Assembly: GCA_963812135.1 (NCBI GenBank)
Contig: CAWETU010000001.1
Coordinates: forward strand, 768,001-832,000
Direction: 5' to 3'
Length of the DNA stretch: 64,000 nt
From: Vulcanimicrobiota bacterium
GTDB taxonomy: Bacteria; Vulcanimicrobiota; Vulcanimicrobiia; Eremiobacterales; Eremiobacteraceae
Position numbers and translations under genes: made by a program. Below the pieces are notes generated by a model that worked only from the letters and a program-made list of their open reading frames with translations, searched no databases and had not been told where the DNA came from. Shown one piece after another: positions 50,128-60,000 of the stretch; position 1 is the stretch's first letter; each line of letters opens with the position of its first letter.

Positions 50128-51540
50128 ATGACCTTCAAGACGATCATCGAGCCGTTCCGCATCAAGACCGTCGAACCGATCAAGATGACGACCCGGCCGC
50201 AACGCGAGCGATTGCTCGAAGCGGCCGGATATAATCCATTTCTGCTGCCCGCGCAAGACGTCATCATCGATCTGCTCACCGACAGTGGCACTGGCGCGAT
50301 GAGCGCCGAGCAGTGGGCCGCGCTGATGCGCGGCGACGAATCATATGCCGGCGCGCGATCGTATTACCGCTTCGCCGACGCCGTGCGCGAGGTGTTCGGA
50401 TTCACGCACGTCTTACCGACGCATCAAGGCCGCGCCGCCGAACGCATCTTGTTCTCGACGGTGTGCAAAGCAGGCGACGTCGTCCCCAACAACACCCATT
50501 TTGACACGACGCGCGCCAACATCGAGGCGACCGGCGCGCAAGCGATCGACTTGCCGATCCGCGAGGGCCTCGAACCCGCGACGTTTCATCCGTTCAAGGG
50601 CAATATGGACGTCGACGCGCTTGAGGCATTGATCGCCGAGACAGGCGCCGCGCGCATACCGCTCGTGATGATCACCGTCACCAACAATTCGGGCGGCGGC
50701 CAGCCGGTCTCGATGGCCAACATCAAAGCGGTCAGCGCGGTGTGCCGCACGCACGGGCTGCCGCTGTACATCGACGCATGCCGCTTCGCCGAGAATTGCT
50801 GGTTCATCCGCGAGCGCGAAGAGGGGTACGCCGACCGCGCCGTCGCCGACATCGCGCGCGAACTCTTCTCGTACGCGGACGGCTGCACGATGTCGGCCAA
50901 GAAAGATGGGCTCGTCAACATCGGCGGATTCTTGGCGACCAACGACGACGCGCTCGCCCGGCAAGAGGCGACGCTGCTGATCCTCACCGAGGGTTTTCCG
51001 ACCTATGGCGGCTTAGCGGGCCGCGACTTGGAAGCCATCGCCGTCGGGCTGCGTGAAGTGCTCGAGCACGACTATCTCCACTATCGCATCGCATCGACCG
51101 CCTACCTCGGCCGGCATTTCACCGAACTCGGCGTGCCGATCGTGCAGCCGCCGGGCGGCCACGCGATCTACATCGATGCCGCGGCGCTGCTCGGCCACAT
51201 CCCGCAATCGCAATATCCGGGTCAAGCGCTGCTCGCCGAGCTGTACGTGACGGGCGGCATCCGCGCGGTCGAGATCGGCAGCGTGATGTTCGGCAAGACC
51301 GATCCCGCAACCGGGCAGGAGCTGCTCGCGGCGATGGAGCTTGTGCGTCTCGCGATCCCGCGCCGCGTCTACACGCAGAGCCACATCGACTACGTCATCG
51401 AGGTGATGGCTGACGTCTACGAACGGCGCGCCACGATCAAAGGTCTCGACATCGTATGGCAGGCGCCGCCGCTGCGCCATTTCACCGCTCGCTTCGAACC
51501 GGCGAAGCACCGCCCGCGCGCGACGGCCTCGCGGTCGTAG
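50128..51540 (+). CDS. tnaA: Tryptophanase (beta-eliminating lyase)
   Basis: EPFRIK, DLLTDSGT, HQGRAAE, MSAKKD (PLP Lys), RLAIPRRVY; LRHFTA (His as in tryptophanase; tyrosine phenol-lyase has LRFFTA). Confidence 0.87.
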   Translation: MTFKTIIEPFRIKTVEPIKMTTRPQRERLLEAAGYNPFLLPAQDVIIDLLTDSGTGAMSAEQWAALMRGDESYAGARSYYRFADAVREVFGFTHVLPTHQGRAAERILFSTVCKAGDVVPNNTHFDTTRANIEATGAQAIDLPIREGLEPATFHPFKGNMDVDALEALIAETGAARIPLVMITVTNNSGGGQPVSMANIKAVSAVCRTHGLPLYIDACRFAENCWFIREREEGYADRAVADIARELFSYADGCTMSAKKDGLVNIGGFLATNDDALARQEATLLILTEGFPTYGGLAGRDLEAIAVGLREVLEHDYLHYRIASTAYLGRHFTELGVPIVQPPGGHAIYIDAAALLGHIPQSQYPGQALLAELYVTGGIRAVEIGSVMFGKTDPATGQELLAAMELVRLAIPRRVYTQSHIDYVIEVMADVYERRATIKGLDIVWQAPPLRHFTARFEPAKHRPRATASRS

Positions 51541-51544
51541 ACGC

Positions 51545-51985
51545 ATGCCGGCCAAGGGCATCGATCCGAAGGATATTCCGGAGCGCTTTCGGCGCATCTT
51601 CACCGAGAATCCCATCATCGATCACTTCGACCTTGAGGTGATCAGCTATGGCGACGGGATGTCCGTGCTGCGCTTTCCTTACAAGGAGATCTTCACGCAG
51701 TACCAGGGCGCCGTCCAAGGCGGCATCATCGCGGCGTACGCCGATGCGGCGATCGCAGTCGCGATGCTCTCCATCATTCCGGAAGGGCGCGATATGGTCA
51801 CGACAGATCTCCATGTGCAATATCTGCGGCCCGTAGTCTCTGGGCCGATCACCGCCCGCGCGGACGTGGTGCATCGCGGCAACACGTTGCTGCTCGGCAC
51901 GGCCGTCGTCGAAAACGAGGCGGGCGCGATTTGTGCGCGCTGCAGCGCGACCTACATGGTCGTCAGTCCGCGGGGGCTCACCTGA
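51545..51985 (+). CDS. PaaI family thioesterase
   Basis: GAVQGGIIAAYAD, TTDLHVQYLRP. Confidence 0.85.
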   Translation: MPAKGIDPKDIPERFRRIFTENPIIDHFDLEVISYGDGMSVLRFPYKEIFTQYQGAVQGGIIAAYADAAIAVAMLSIIPEGRDMVTTDLHVQYLRPVVSGPITARADVVHRGNTLLLGTAVVENEAGAICARCSATYMVVSPRGLT

Positions 51986-52392
51986 TGCGGTTCCACATCG
52001 ACGAGCCCGTCCGGTGGAGCGATGTGGATGCGGCAGGGGTCGTCTACTTCGGCACGTTCGTCCGTTTTTTTGAAGTCGCGGAAGAGGAGCTGTTCCGCGC
52101 CGCCGGCATGCCGTACGGCATCGTCTTCGATCGATTCGACTGCTGGCTGCCGCGCGTCCGCTACTCGTGCGAGTTCCGCGCGCCCGCGCGGCTCGGCGAG
52201 ATGATGCACGTGTGTGCGGGCGTGCGCCGGCTCGGCGATAAATCCATCACCCTTGGCTTCACGATCGACCGTCAGGATGGCGTGCGCGTCGCCGATTGTG
52301 AGATCGTGTTGGTATGTGTGGACCGTCAGACGTGGAAGGGCAAGTCGGTACCCGAGGGTTTGCGCGCGGCGCTCGCGCCGTTCAGCGAGTGA
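51985..52392 (+). CDS. 4HBT/YbgC family acyl-CoA thioesterase
   Basis: VRWSDVDAAGVVYFGTFVRFFE. Confidence 0.88.
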   Translation: MRFHIDEPVRWSDVDAAGVVYFGTFVRFFEVAEEELFRAAGMPYGIVFDRFDCWLPRVRYSCEFRAPARLGEMMHVCAGVRRLGDKSITLGFTIDRQDGVRVADCEIVLVCVDRQTWKGKSVPEGLRAALAPFSE

Positions 52393-52570
52393 TCGGCCGC
52401 GGCTCCTCGGCGCCGCTCATGCAAACGCCGCAGGGCTCCATGCCGACCTCATGCGCGAGCGCGGCGGTGATCGTCAAGACTTTGTCTCCGGCGGATGCCG
52501 AGAGCTGGCGGTGGCATTCACTGCCGGCCGCGTGATAGAGGCGCTCGCCCAGGATCGCGACGACTTCCAT
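52382..52570 (-). CDS. Small metal-binding protein (Ada Zn-binding-like motif)
   Basis: MEVVAILGERLYHAAGSEC...GMEPCGVC; TAATG coupling with the upstream gene. Confidence 0.55.
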   Translation of the reverse strand: MEVVAILGERLYHAAGSECHRQLSASAGDKVLTITAALAHEVGMEPCGVCMSGAEEPRPITR

Positions 52571-53085
52571 TACTTCTCGACGACGCTCGTGCTGCCGAAC
52601 AGGTGGTGCTTCACCTGGGTGTAGTGGAGGTCGGCGGGTTTTTCTCCATCGTAGTGCGCGATGTACGTCACCGGGTTGAGCTCCATCCAACCGGCAGGAT
52701 AGTTGTTCGTCGGTTTGTCGAACTGCCGTGTCAGCGTGCCGCGCGCGACGACAAGATCGTTGCGGTGGAAGTGCAGGCTTCGGATGAAGTACTTCATCGA
52801 CCGGAACCGGCGTGGCGCTTCGACGATGACGAAGTCACCTTTATGGTCGATCAAATACACCTGCAGGTCACCATCGGTCTCGTCGGATTTGTGCGAATAG
52901 TAGCCGACGACGGTGATATCGGCGCCGACCGGCGTCCGATCGATGTCGGCGATCGCAACCCGTTGCCCGGGCGAGTTGACGTCGACCGTGACCGGCGGGG
53001 GCTTGATCGTGCGCTCGGCCGGAGCCGGCGAAACGCCGAGAATGAAAAACGCCGCGCTGAGCGCGGCAGCAGCAACACGTCTCAC
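52570..53085 (-). CDS. Secreted hypothetical protein, possible OB-fold
   Basis: Signal peptide; ETDGDLQVYL...IVE, MELNPV. Confidence 0.6.
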   Translation of the reverse strand: MRRVAAAALSAAFFILGVSPAPAERTIKPPPVTVDVNSPGQRVAIADIDRTPVGADITVVGYYSHKSDETDGDLQVYLIDHKGDFVIVEAPRRFRSMKYFIRSLHFHRNDLVVARGTLTRQFDKPTNNYPAGWMELNPVTYIAHYDGEKPADLHYTQVKHHLFGSTSVVEK

Positions 53086-53228
53086 CAAGCTGCTTTCGGC
53101 GGTCCGAAAGAGCGCTGCCTCCTTGCCGCATGCCGAAAATCTTGGTATACTTAGCACTCAGCCATATTACGAGTAATACGCGCGGCGCGTCCCGCATTTG
53201 CGGACGTGAACAGTGATTGACGGACGGA

Positions 53229-53465
53229 ATGCAAGATAAAAAGCTCTCATCCTTTGGCAACATCGATCGGCTCGTCGAGGAGATCCCCAACAAGTACCTG
53301 CTCGTGAACACCGCGCGCGTCCGCGCGCAACAGCTCGTGAATGGGGCAGAGCCGATGACCGAGGGTTCAAATCCGGAGAAAGCCGTCAGCACCGCGTTCG
53401 CGGAGATCGCTGCCGGCCGGCTTGAGGTTTCGACCGAACCCGAAGTCCCCCCGACCGAAGAATAG
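53229..53465 (+). CDS. rpoZ: RNA polymerase omega subunit
   Basis: NKYLLVNTARVRAQQL...KAVSTAFAEIAAG. Confidence 0.9.
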   Translation: MQDKKLSSFGNIDRLVEEIPNKYLLVNTARVRAQQLVNGAEPMTEGSNPEKAVSTAFAEIAAGRLEVSTEPEVPPTEE

Positions 53466-53468
53466 TTT

Positions 53469-53498
53469 TGTAGCGGTCGAATTTATTCGACCGCTACA
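53469..53498. repeat. GTAG-type REP-like perfect palindrome, copy 3
   Basis: TGTAGCGGTCGAAT-TT-ATTCGACCGCTACA. Confidence 0.85.
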
Positions 53499-53771
53499 TC
53501 AAGGCCAGAATCGCCGCTGACGCTCTCGTCGGCGGTTTTTATATGCCGGCGCGAACGCGCCGATTAGCCAGAGGCCAAGATTGATCGACGCGACCACTGT
53601 TATCACCGTGAGAGCCAAGTTGCCTTTGGCGATCATGAAATCAAAAACATCCGTGACAGACAGAGGCGCGAGTCGATAGCCCGTCCAAGCCGCAACCAGC
53701 AGCACGATAATGGAGATGACCATGTACGCGACGGCTCCGTGTCGATGCTCGCGCTGATCGGGCGAGGCCAT
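53499..53771 (-). CDS. Small two-TM membrane protein
   Basis: Two hydrophobic helices and a basic C-terminal tail. Confidence 0.55.
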   Translation of the reverse strand: MASPDQREHRHGAVAYMVISIIVLLVAAWTGYRLAPLSVTDVFDFMIAKGNLALTVITVVASINLGLWLIGAFAPAYKNRRRERQRRFWP

Positions 53772-53796
53772 TGTCGCGTGCGCTGAGTGAAACAAA

Positions 53797-54223
53797 ATGA
53801 ACCATCTCAACCAGCAGGCAGACTATCTTTCCGGCCGTCCGCTACACAAACGCGCACGCAGCCATCGACTGGCTGAAGCGCGCGTTCGGAGCGACGGAAC
53901 GCGCTGTCCACGTAAACCCAGACGGCACGGTTGCGCATGCCGAGCTGTTCATCGCAGACAACTTGATTATGTTGGGCGAGAGCGATGCGGCCGGCGACTA
54001 TCCTGTCCGCTCGCCAAAACAGGTCAACGCGGTCACCGCAAGCTTTTACGTCGTCTTGCCGAACGATGCCGCCGTGGACGCGCTTCACGAACGCGCAAAA
54101 ATATCGGGCGCGACGATCACGCATGCGCCGTACGACACCGACTACGGCTCGCACGATTTCTCGGCCTTCGATCTTGACGGTCATCCGTGGACGTTCGGCA
54201 CGTACGACCCGTTGGTTGATTGA
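53797..54223 (+). CDS. VOC/glyoxalase (PhnB-like) protein, +1 frameshift just after the start codon
   Basis: Removing one A at ~53800 gives MTISTSRQTIFPAVRYTNAHAAIDWLKRAFG...HAEL...DLDGHPWTFGTY. Confidence 0.8.
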
Positions 54224-54236
54224 ATTCGGCCGCTAC
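54214..54236. repeat. GTAG-type REP-like palindrome, degenerate copy 4
   Basis: Reverse complement GTAGCGGCCGAATTCAATCAACC; contains both convergent stop codons. Confidence 0.55.
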
Positions 54237-54586
54237 TTGTGCCAGCGGGCGGCGGTGGTCGACGACTCGCGCACGACGACCTCGTCGATGCTCACGCGTG
54301 CGCCGGCGGCCGCTTGCAGCTTGCGGGCGAGCACGAGCGCGATGTTCTCAGCGGTGGTCGGCACGTCTTTGAAGTCCGCGAGCGCGTTGAGATCGCGATG
54401 GTCGAATGCGTCAACGACGCGCGAGAGCACGTTGTAGTCGATCACCATGCCGTGTTCGAGCTGCTCGGCCGAGGCCGCGATCTCAACCTCGTAGCGGTGA
54501 CCGTGCGGGCGATTGCAGGGCGATTCGTACGGCAGCGCGAGCATGTGAGCCGCATCGAAGTGACAGACCAGCGAGATCGAGATCAA
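54233..54586 (-). CDS. queD: 6-carboxy-5,6,7,8-tetrahydropterin synthase
   Basis: FDAAH...CNRPHGHRY, DHRDLN, TTAENIA; TTG start overlaps the queE stop. Confidence 0.9.
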   Translation of the reverse strand: MISISLVCHFDAAHMLALPYESPCNRPHGHRYEVEIAASAEQLEHGMVIDYNVLSRVVDAFDHRDLNALADFKDVPTTAENIALVLARKLQAAAGARVSIDEVVVRESSTTAARWHK

Positions 54587-55269
54587 CGCCCGGGTTCTCC
54601 GCCCCACAAGATGTAGTGGAGCTGCGGCAGCACGCGTCGATCGGTCGAGCCCCAACGATCGTCGGCGATCGCCTTTTCGGTCAGCGCGCGCAGCGTCGCG
54701 ATATAACGCTCACCGCGACCGGCGCTCGCGCTCTCGGGCTGCAAGATCACTGGAGTATGCGCCGGTAGCGAGGTATCGAGCTCGCGCACGCACGCGAGCG
54801 CCGCTTCGTAGTCGCGGTCGTCGGCGATCACGAATTTCAACTGCATCCGCCCCGCCGCGGTCGCGCAGAACTTGCGCAACGTCGCCGGCTTGGGCGCGTA
54901 ACCCGAGCTGCCGACCTTCGGGCTGATGGAGAACAGCGAAACGTCTGGAAGATCCGCGAAGATCGTGCCGCTCGTCTCGACCGTGATGTGCTTTCCGCGC
55001 AGCGCAGCGACCAACGGCGCGACGTCCTGCGCGAGCGGTTCGCCGCCCGTGATCACGACGGCGCGCACGCCCGACGCGGCCGCGGCGAGCGCATCGACGC
55101 TCATCGGCGTGCCGGAATCGCCTTCGAGCGCGTAGGGAGTGTCGCACCAAGCGCAGCGCAGCGGACAGCCGTCGAGTCTGATAAAAAATGCCGGCGTGCC
55201 GATCTCGCCGCCCTCTCCCTGGACGGAGAGGAAGGTCTCGTTCACGCGCAGCGTCGCAGTGGCGAGCAT
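54583..55269 (-). CDS. queE: 7-carboxy-7-deazaguanine synthase (radical SAM)
   Basis: FLSVQGEG, GCPLRCAWCDT, TGGEP, ETSG, SPK, LPQLH. Confidence 0.9.
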   Translation of the reverse strand: MLATATLRVNETFLSVQGEGGEIGTPAFFIRLDGCPLRCAWCDTPYALEGDSGTPMSVDALAAAASGVRAVVITGGEPLAQDVAPLVAALRGKHITVETSGTIFADLPDVSLFSISPKVGSSGYAPKPATLRKFCATAAGRMQLKFVIADDRDYEAALACVRELDTSLPAHTPVILQPESASAGRGERYIATLRALTEKAIADDRWGSTDRRVLPQLHYILWGGEPGR

Positions 55270-55401
55270 CAGACGGTTTTTTCGCGTTCTTCCCTGCGCA
55301 GCCTCTACAAGGGCGCGCCCGCACAGCGTCGAACTGCGCTCATCCTCAACTCGCGTCCGGACGGTCGACGATTTTCGATCGCAAATAGGGGGTGATATCA
55401 A

Positions 55402-57468
55402 ATGGCTACACCTGCAGCCGCAGGCATTAGAAATGTGGCCTTTGTGGGACCGCATCATAGCGGCAAGACGACGCTGGTCGAAGCCTTGCTCGCGCACACC
55501 AGCGCGGTTCCGAGGAAGGGATCGGTGACCGATGGCACCGCCACCACCGACCACGATCCCGAATCGCACGCGCACCAGATGTCAGTCACGCCAAGCTTCG
55601 CGCACCTTCAGACCGACGGCGTCCGTGTCAATATCATCGATTGTCCGGGCGCTGTTGATTTTATCGAGGAGACGAAATACGCACTGCTCGGCGCCGATGC
55701 GGCCGTGATCGTCGTCGAAGCCGATCCGGCGCGCATCCCGCAAGTGGAGATCCTGCTCGACTATCTCGAAGCGCGCAAGACGCCGCATTGCTTTGTCATC
55801 AACCGGCTCGACCGCCCAGGCGCCGATTTTCCCGCCACCTACGCGCTGCTTCGTCAACGCTTCGGCAATCATGTCGTCGCCGAACAGCTGCCGATCGGCC
55901 AAGGCGAAAATTTCACCGGCTATGTGGACGTCGTCAGCCTCAAAGCGTTCGCGTACGGCGACGGCGGCGCGACGACGCCGTCGACGCTGCCCGAGCACAT
56001 GGCGGACAAGACGCACGAAGAACTCCTCGAAGCGCTCGCCGATTTCGACGATCACCTGATGGAGGAGATCCTCGAGGGGCAAGAGCCGCCGCTCGATGAG
56101 GTCGAACGCGACCTCGTCGCGGACGTGAGCGCTGACAAGATCGTGCCGGTGCTGGTCGCCGCGGGCGTGCGCGGCTGGGGCGCTCCGCAATTGTTGGAAG
56201 TCATCTTGCGCCAATTCCCCGACGCACTATTGACGCCGCGCGTCGACGCACAAGGCAAGCCGGTCGAGCCGAATCCCGCGGGTCCGCTCGTCGCGCAAGT
56301 GTGCAAGACATTCGTGCACCCGCAAAGCGGCAAGATCTCCGTGACCCGCGTGTTCGCGGGCACCATCACCGCCGACTCGCAGCTGACGAGCCCGGCGCGT
56401 CCGGACGTCAAAGAGCGGCCGGGCGGCTTGTTCATCCTGCAAGGCAAGAACCAGACCGCGGTCACGAGCGCAGGACCCGGCAGCATCGTCGCGCTCTCGC
56501 GGCTTGACGCGATGCACACCGGTGACACGCTGACGGTCGGCGGCGGCAAGACGTCCATGAGCGTGCCTCCGGCGGGCAAGCCGGCGTTTGCGCTGGCGAT
56601 CCGGCCGCACGATCGAGCGGACGAAGCCAAGTTGTCGCAGCTGCTCGTGCGCATGCGAGAAGAGGATCCCTCGGTGCTCGCCGAGCGCGCGCCGTTCACG
56701 GACGAGCTCGTGCTGCGCGGTCACGGCGAGATGCATCTGGCCGTCACGGTCGAGCGGCTGCAACGCAAGTACAGCGTCAAGCTGGACACCGCGCTGCCGC
56801 ACGTGCCGTACCGCGAGACCATCACGGGCAAGACGCAGCAACAAGGACGCTACAAGCATCAGACCGGCGGCCACGGCATGTTCGGCGACGTGCATCTCGA
56901 GATCCATCCGCAACCGCGCGGCACGGGCCTCAAGTTCGACGAGAAGATCGTCGGCGGCGTCGTGCCCAAGCAGTTCTTTCCGGGCGTGGAGAAAGGCGTG
57001 CGCGAAGCGCTTGAAAAGGGGCCGATCGCCGGCTTCCCGGTCGTCGACGTCCTCGTCACCTTGTACGACGGCTCGTACCACACCGTCGATTCGAACGAAG
57101 CATCGTTCCGGATGGCCGCGTCGCTCGCCATGCGCGAGGGCTTGCCCAAGTGCGCGCCCGCGTTGCTCGAACCGATCCTGCGCGTCGAGATCACGGTCCC
57201 GTCGCATTTCACGAGCGTCGTGCTGCAACAGGTCTCCGGTCATCGCGGACAGATCCTCAGCTACGGCGCGAGCGACGAGCGCTCGGGCTGGGATACGGTC
57301 AAGGCGCTCGTGCCGCAAGCGGAGCTGCCTCGATATCTCACCGAACTGCGCACGGCGACGCAAGGCCTGGGCTACTATGTCGCCGAGCACGACCACTTCG
57401 AATACGCGCCGCCGAAGGTCACGCAAACCGTGACCGCGGAGCGCAAGGAGGCGGCTGCGGCCAGATGA
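55402..57468 (+). CDS. Elongation factor G-like protein (EF-G2 type)
   Basis: GPHHSGKTT, DCPG, NRLD, GHGEMHL, PYRETI, KHQTGGHG, DGSYHTVDS. Confidence 0.9.
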   Translation: MATPAAAGIRNVAFVGPHHSGKTTLVEALLAHTSAVPRKGSVTDGTATTDHDPESHAHQMSVTPSFAHLQTDGVRVNIIDCPGAVDFIEETKYALLGADAAVIVVEADPARIPQVEILLDYLEARKTPHCFVINRLDRPGADFPATYALLRQRFGNHVVAEQLPIGQGENFTGYVDVVSLKAFAYGDGGATTPSTLPEHMADKTHEELLEALADFDDHLMEEILEGQEPPLDEVERDLVADVSADKIVPVLVAAGVRGWGAPQLLEVILRQFPDALLTPRVDAQGKPVEPNPAGPLVAQVCKTFVHPQSGKISVTRVFAGTITADSQLTSPARPDVKERPGGLFILQGKNQTAVTSAGPGSIVALSRLDAMHTGDTLTVGGGKTSMSVPPAGKPAFALAIRPHDRADEAKLSQLLVRMREEDPSVLAERAPFTDELVLRGHGEMHLAVTVERLQRKYSVKLDTALPHVPYRETITGKTQQQGRYKHQTGGHGMFGDVHLEIHPQPRGTGLKFDEKIVGGVVPKQFFPGVEKGVREALEKGPIAGFPVVDVLVTLYDGSYHTVDSNEASFRMAASLAMREGLPKCAPALLEPILRVEITVPSHFTSVVLQQVSGHRGQILSYGASDERSGWDTVKALVPQAELPRYLTELRTATQGLGYYVAEHDHFEYAPPKVTQTVTAERKEAAAAR

Positions 57469-59987
57469 GCCACATCACGCGACGCGCGTTTCCGCTGCCG
57501 GCGAGCAAGCCTCATTACGCGCCCGATCGGCGCGCGCGCGTCGACCATATCGCGTTGAAGCTGTCGTTCGATTTCGCGCGCAAGATACTCAAAGGGCGTT
57601 GCGACACGACGTTCACCGCGATCGGCGGTCCGCTCACGTCGTTCGAGCTGCAAGCCGGCAAGATGGTGATCAAGGGCGTCCGCTCCGGCGGCAAAACGCT
57701 GCCGAACGAGCTGATCGGCGAAACGCTGCGCATCGAGCTGCCGAGCCTCGCGCGCGGTAAATCCACGACGGTCAGCGTGGACTACGAAGTCCGTCAGCCG
57801 CAGCAGGGCATCTATTTCATCGGACCCGACAAGGGCTACCCCGACAAACCGTACCAGGTGTGGACCCAAGGCCAAGACGCCGACGCCCACTACTGGTTCC
57901 CGTGCGTCGATCATCCCAACGCCAAAGCGACGACTGAGGTCACCGCCACGGTGCCGTCGGATTACTTCGTGCTGAGCAACGGCACGCTCGTCTCCACCGA
58001 TGAAGATACGGCGAAGAAAACGCGCACCTACCATTGGAAGATGGACGTGCCGCACGTGACCTACCTGGTCAGCGTCGTCGCCGGCAAGTTCGTCGGCCGC
58101 ACCGATAGCTCGAACGGCGTGCCCGTGTCGTGGTACGTCGAGCCGGGGCGCGAGGCCGACGGCCGGCGTTCGTTCGGCAAGACGCCGAAGATGGTGAAGT
58201 TCTTCGGCGATCGCATCGGGGTCAAGTACCCGTACTCGAAGTACGCCCAGATCGCCGTGCGCGATTTCGTCTTCGGCGGCATGGAGAACACGACGTGCAC
58301 GACGCAGACCGACTCGACGCTGCACGACGCGCGCGCCGCCATCGACTTCACGAGCGACGACCTCGTGGCGCACGAGCTGGCCCATCAATGGTTCGGCGAC
58401 CTGCTGACGTGCAAGGACTGGTCGCACGCGTGGCTCAACGAAAGCTTTGCGACGTATTTCGACGCGCTCTTCAAAGAGTTCGATCTGGGGGAGGACGAGT
58501 TCGCCTACCAGCGCGTCATCAATCAAGACCTGTATCTAAAGGAAGATACCGACCGCTACCGCCGTCCGATCGTCACCAACGTCTATTACGAGCCGGTCGA
58601 TCTCTTCGACCGCCACCTCTATGAGAAGGGCAGTTGCGTCCTGCACATGCTGCGGACGCAGCTCGGCGACGCGCTCTGGTGGCGCGCGATCAACGAGTAC
58701 GTCAGCGCCAACGCGCAGGGCAGCGTGGAGACCGTCGATTTCGCGCGCGCGATCGAGCGCGCCAGCGGCCGCAACTTCGCGCGTTTCTTCGACCAATGGG
58801 TATATGGCGCGGGCCACCCCGAATTCATGGTCGCGTATCGCTGGGATGGTGACACCAAGACCGCAGTCGTGGACGTGAAGCAAACGCAGAGCGAATCCGA
58901 CAACACCGCGCTGTTCGCGGTCCCGGTCGAGCTCGAGTTCGGCCTTGCGCGCGGCAAACGCGAACGGCTCTCGGTCGTGTGCGATGCACGCGAACAGTCT
59001 TTCCGGATCCCGCTTGCAGCGCGCCCGCAGACGTTCGTCTTCGATCCGCCCGCTGACGTGCTCAAAACGGTCAAGCTCGACGTGCCTCGCGACATGCTGC
59101 TGCGCCAATTGGCTGAGCACCCTGAAGTCGGCGCACGGGTGGGCGCCGCGCGCGCGCTCGCGGATGATCCAGCATCGCAAGTCGTCGAAGCGCTCGCGTC
59201 GGCGCTCAACAAGGATCGGTTCTGGGGCGTGCAAGCCGAAGCAGCGAAGGCGCTTGGCGCGATCCGCACCGATGCCGCGTTGGCGGCGCTGATCCGCAGC
59301 ATCAAAGTGTCCAACCCAAAGGCACGGCGCGCCGTGGCCGAAGCGTTGGGCGAGTTCCGCGGCGACGAAGCATGCCGCGCTCTGGAGCCGCTCGCTAAAT
59401 CCGACCGCTCGTATTTCGTCGAAGCGACCGCGACGTCGTCGATCGGCAAGACGAAGTCGTCGAAATCGTTTGAGCTGCTGCGCAAAGCGCTGAGCAAGGA
59501 TTCGTTCAACGACGTCGTGCGCTCCGGTGCGCTGGCGGGCTTCGCCGCGCTTGGAGACGAGCGGGCCATCCCGATCCTGCTCGAGTGGACGACGTACGGC
59601 CGCTCGGGATTCGCACGGCGCGCCGCCGTGCACGGGTTGGCGAAACTCGGCGAGCGGCGCAAGGACGTGACCGAAGCGCTGATCGCGCTGCTGCGCGATA
59701 AGCAATTACGCGTTTGCCTCGCCGCGGTCGACGCGCTCGGCCGCATGAACGCCGTCGACGCGCTCACGGAGCTCGACCGGGTCGCCGGATCGGAGGTCGA
59801 GGGACGGTTGCGCAGCATGGCCATGGAGGCGGCGCAGAAGATCCGAGCGGGCACCCAGCAATCGGACGAGCTCAAGCGCTTGCGCGAAGACGTCGATCAA
59901 CTACGCGCGTCGAACGCGCGGCTGCAGTCGCGGCTCGCCGAGCTTGAGCCAGCGATCGCCGCAAACGGGAAACGGTCCAAGCGCTAG
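57465..59987 (+). CDS. M1 family aminopeptidase with C-terminal HEAT repeats
   Basis: GGMEN, HELAHQWFGD...E zinc motif, YEKG, HEAT repeats; ATGA overlap. Confidence 0.92.
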   Translation: MSHITRRAFPLPASKPHYAPDRRARVDHIALKLSFDFARKILKGRCDTTFTAIGGPLTSFELQAGKMVIKGVRSGGKTLPNELIGETLRIELPSLARGKSTTVSVDYEVRQPQQGIYFIGPDKGYPDKPYQVWTQGQDADAHYWFPCVDHPNAKATTEVTATVPSDYFVLSNGTLVSTDEDTAKKTRTYHWKMDVPHVTYLVSVVAGKFVGRTDSSNGVPVSWYVEPGREADGRRSFGKTPKMVKFFGDRIGVKYPYSKYAQIAVRDFVFGGMENTTCTTQTDSTLHDARAAIDFTSDDLVAHELAHQWFGDLLTCKDWSHAWLNESFATYFDALFKEFDLGEDEFAYQRVINQDLYLKEDTDRYRRPIVTNVYYEPVDLFDRHLYEKGSCVLHMLRTQLGDALWWRAINEYVSANAQGSVETVDFARAIERASGRNFARFFDQWVYGAGHPEFMVAYRWDGDTKTAVVDVKQTQSESDNTALFAVPVELEFGLARGKRERLSVVCDAREQSFRIPLAARPQTFVFDPPADVLKTVKLDVPRDMLLRQLAEHPEVGARVGAARALADDPASQVVEALASALNKDRFWGVQAEAAKALGAIRTDAALAALIRSIKVSNPKARRAVAEALGEFRGDEACRALEPLAKSDRSYFVEATATSSIGKTKSSKSFELLRKALSKDSFNDVVRSGALAGFAALGDERAIPILLEWTTYGRSGFARRAAVHGLAKLGERRKDVTEALIALLRDKQLRVCLAAVDALGRMNAVDALTELDRVAGSEVEGRLRSMAMEAAQKIRAGTQQSDELKRLREDVDQLRASNARLQSRLAELEPAIAANGKRSKR

Positions 59988-60000
59988 CGCTGCGCAGCGC

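Noticed and set aside
54233..55269. queD/queE as a 7-deazaguanine DNA-modification (dpd) system
   Set aside because: No dpdA/tgt paralogue or dpd genes nearby; housekeeping context fits queuosine synthesis.
55402..57468. Atypical G-motifs in the EF-G paralogue as a novelty
   Set aside because: Divergent G1/G4 motifs are a known property of EF-G2-type paralogues.
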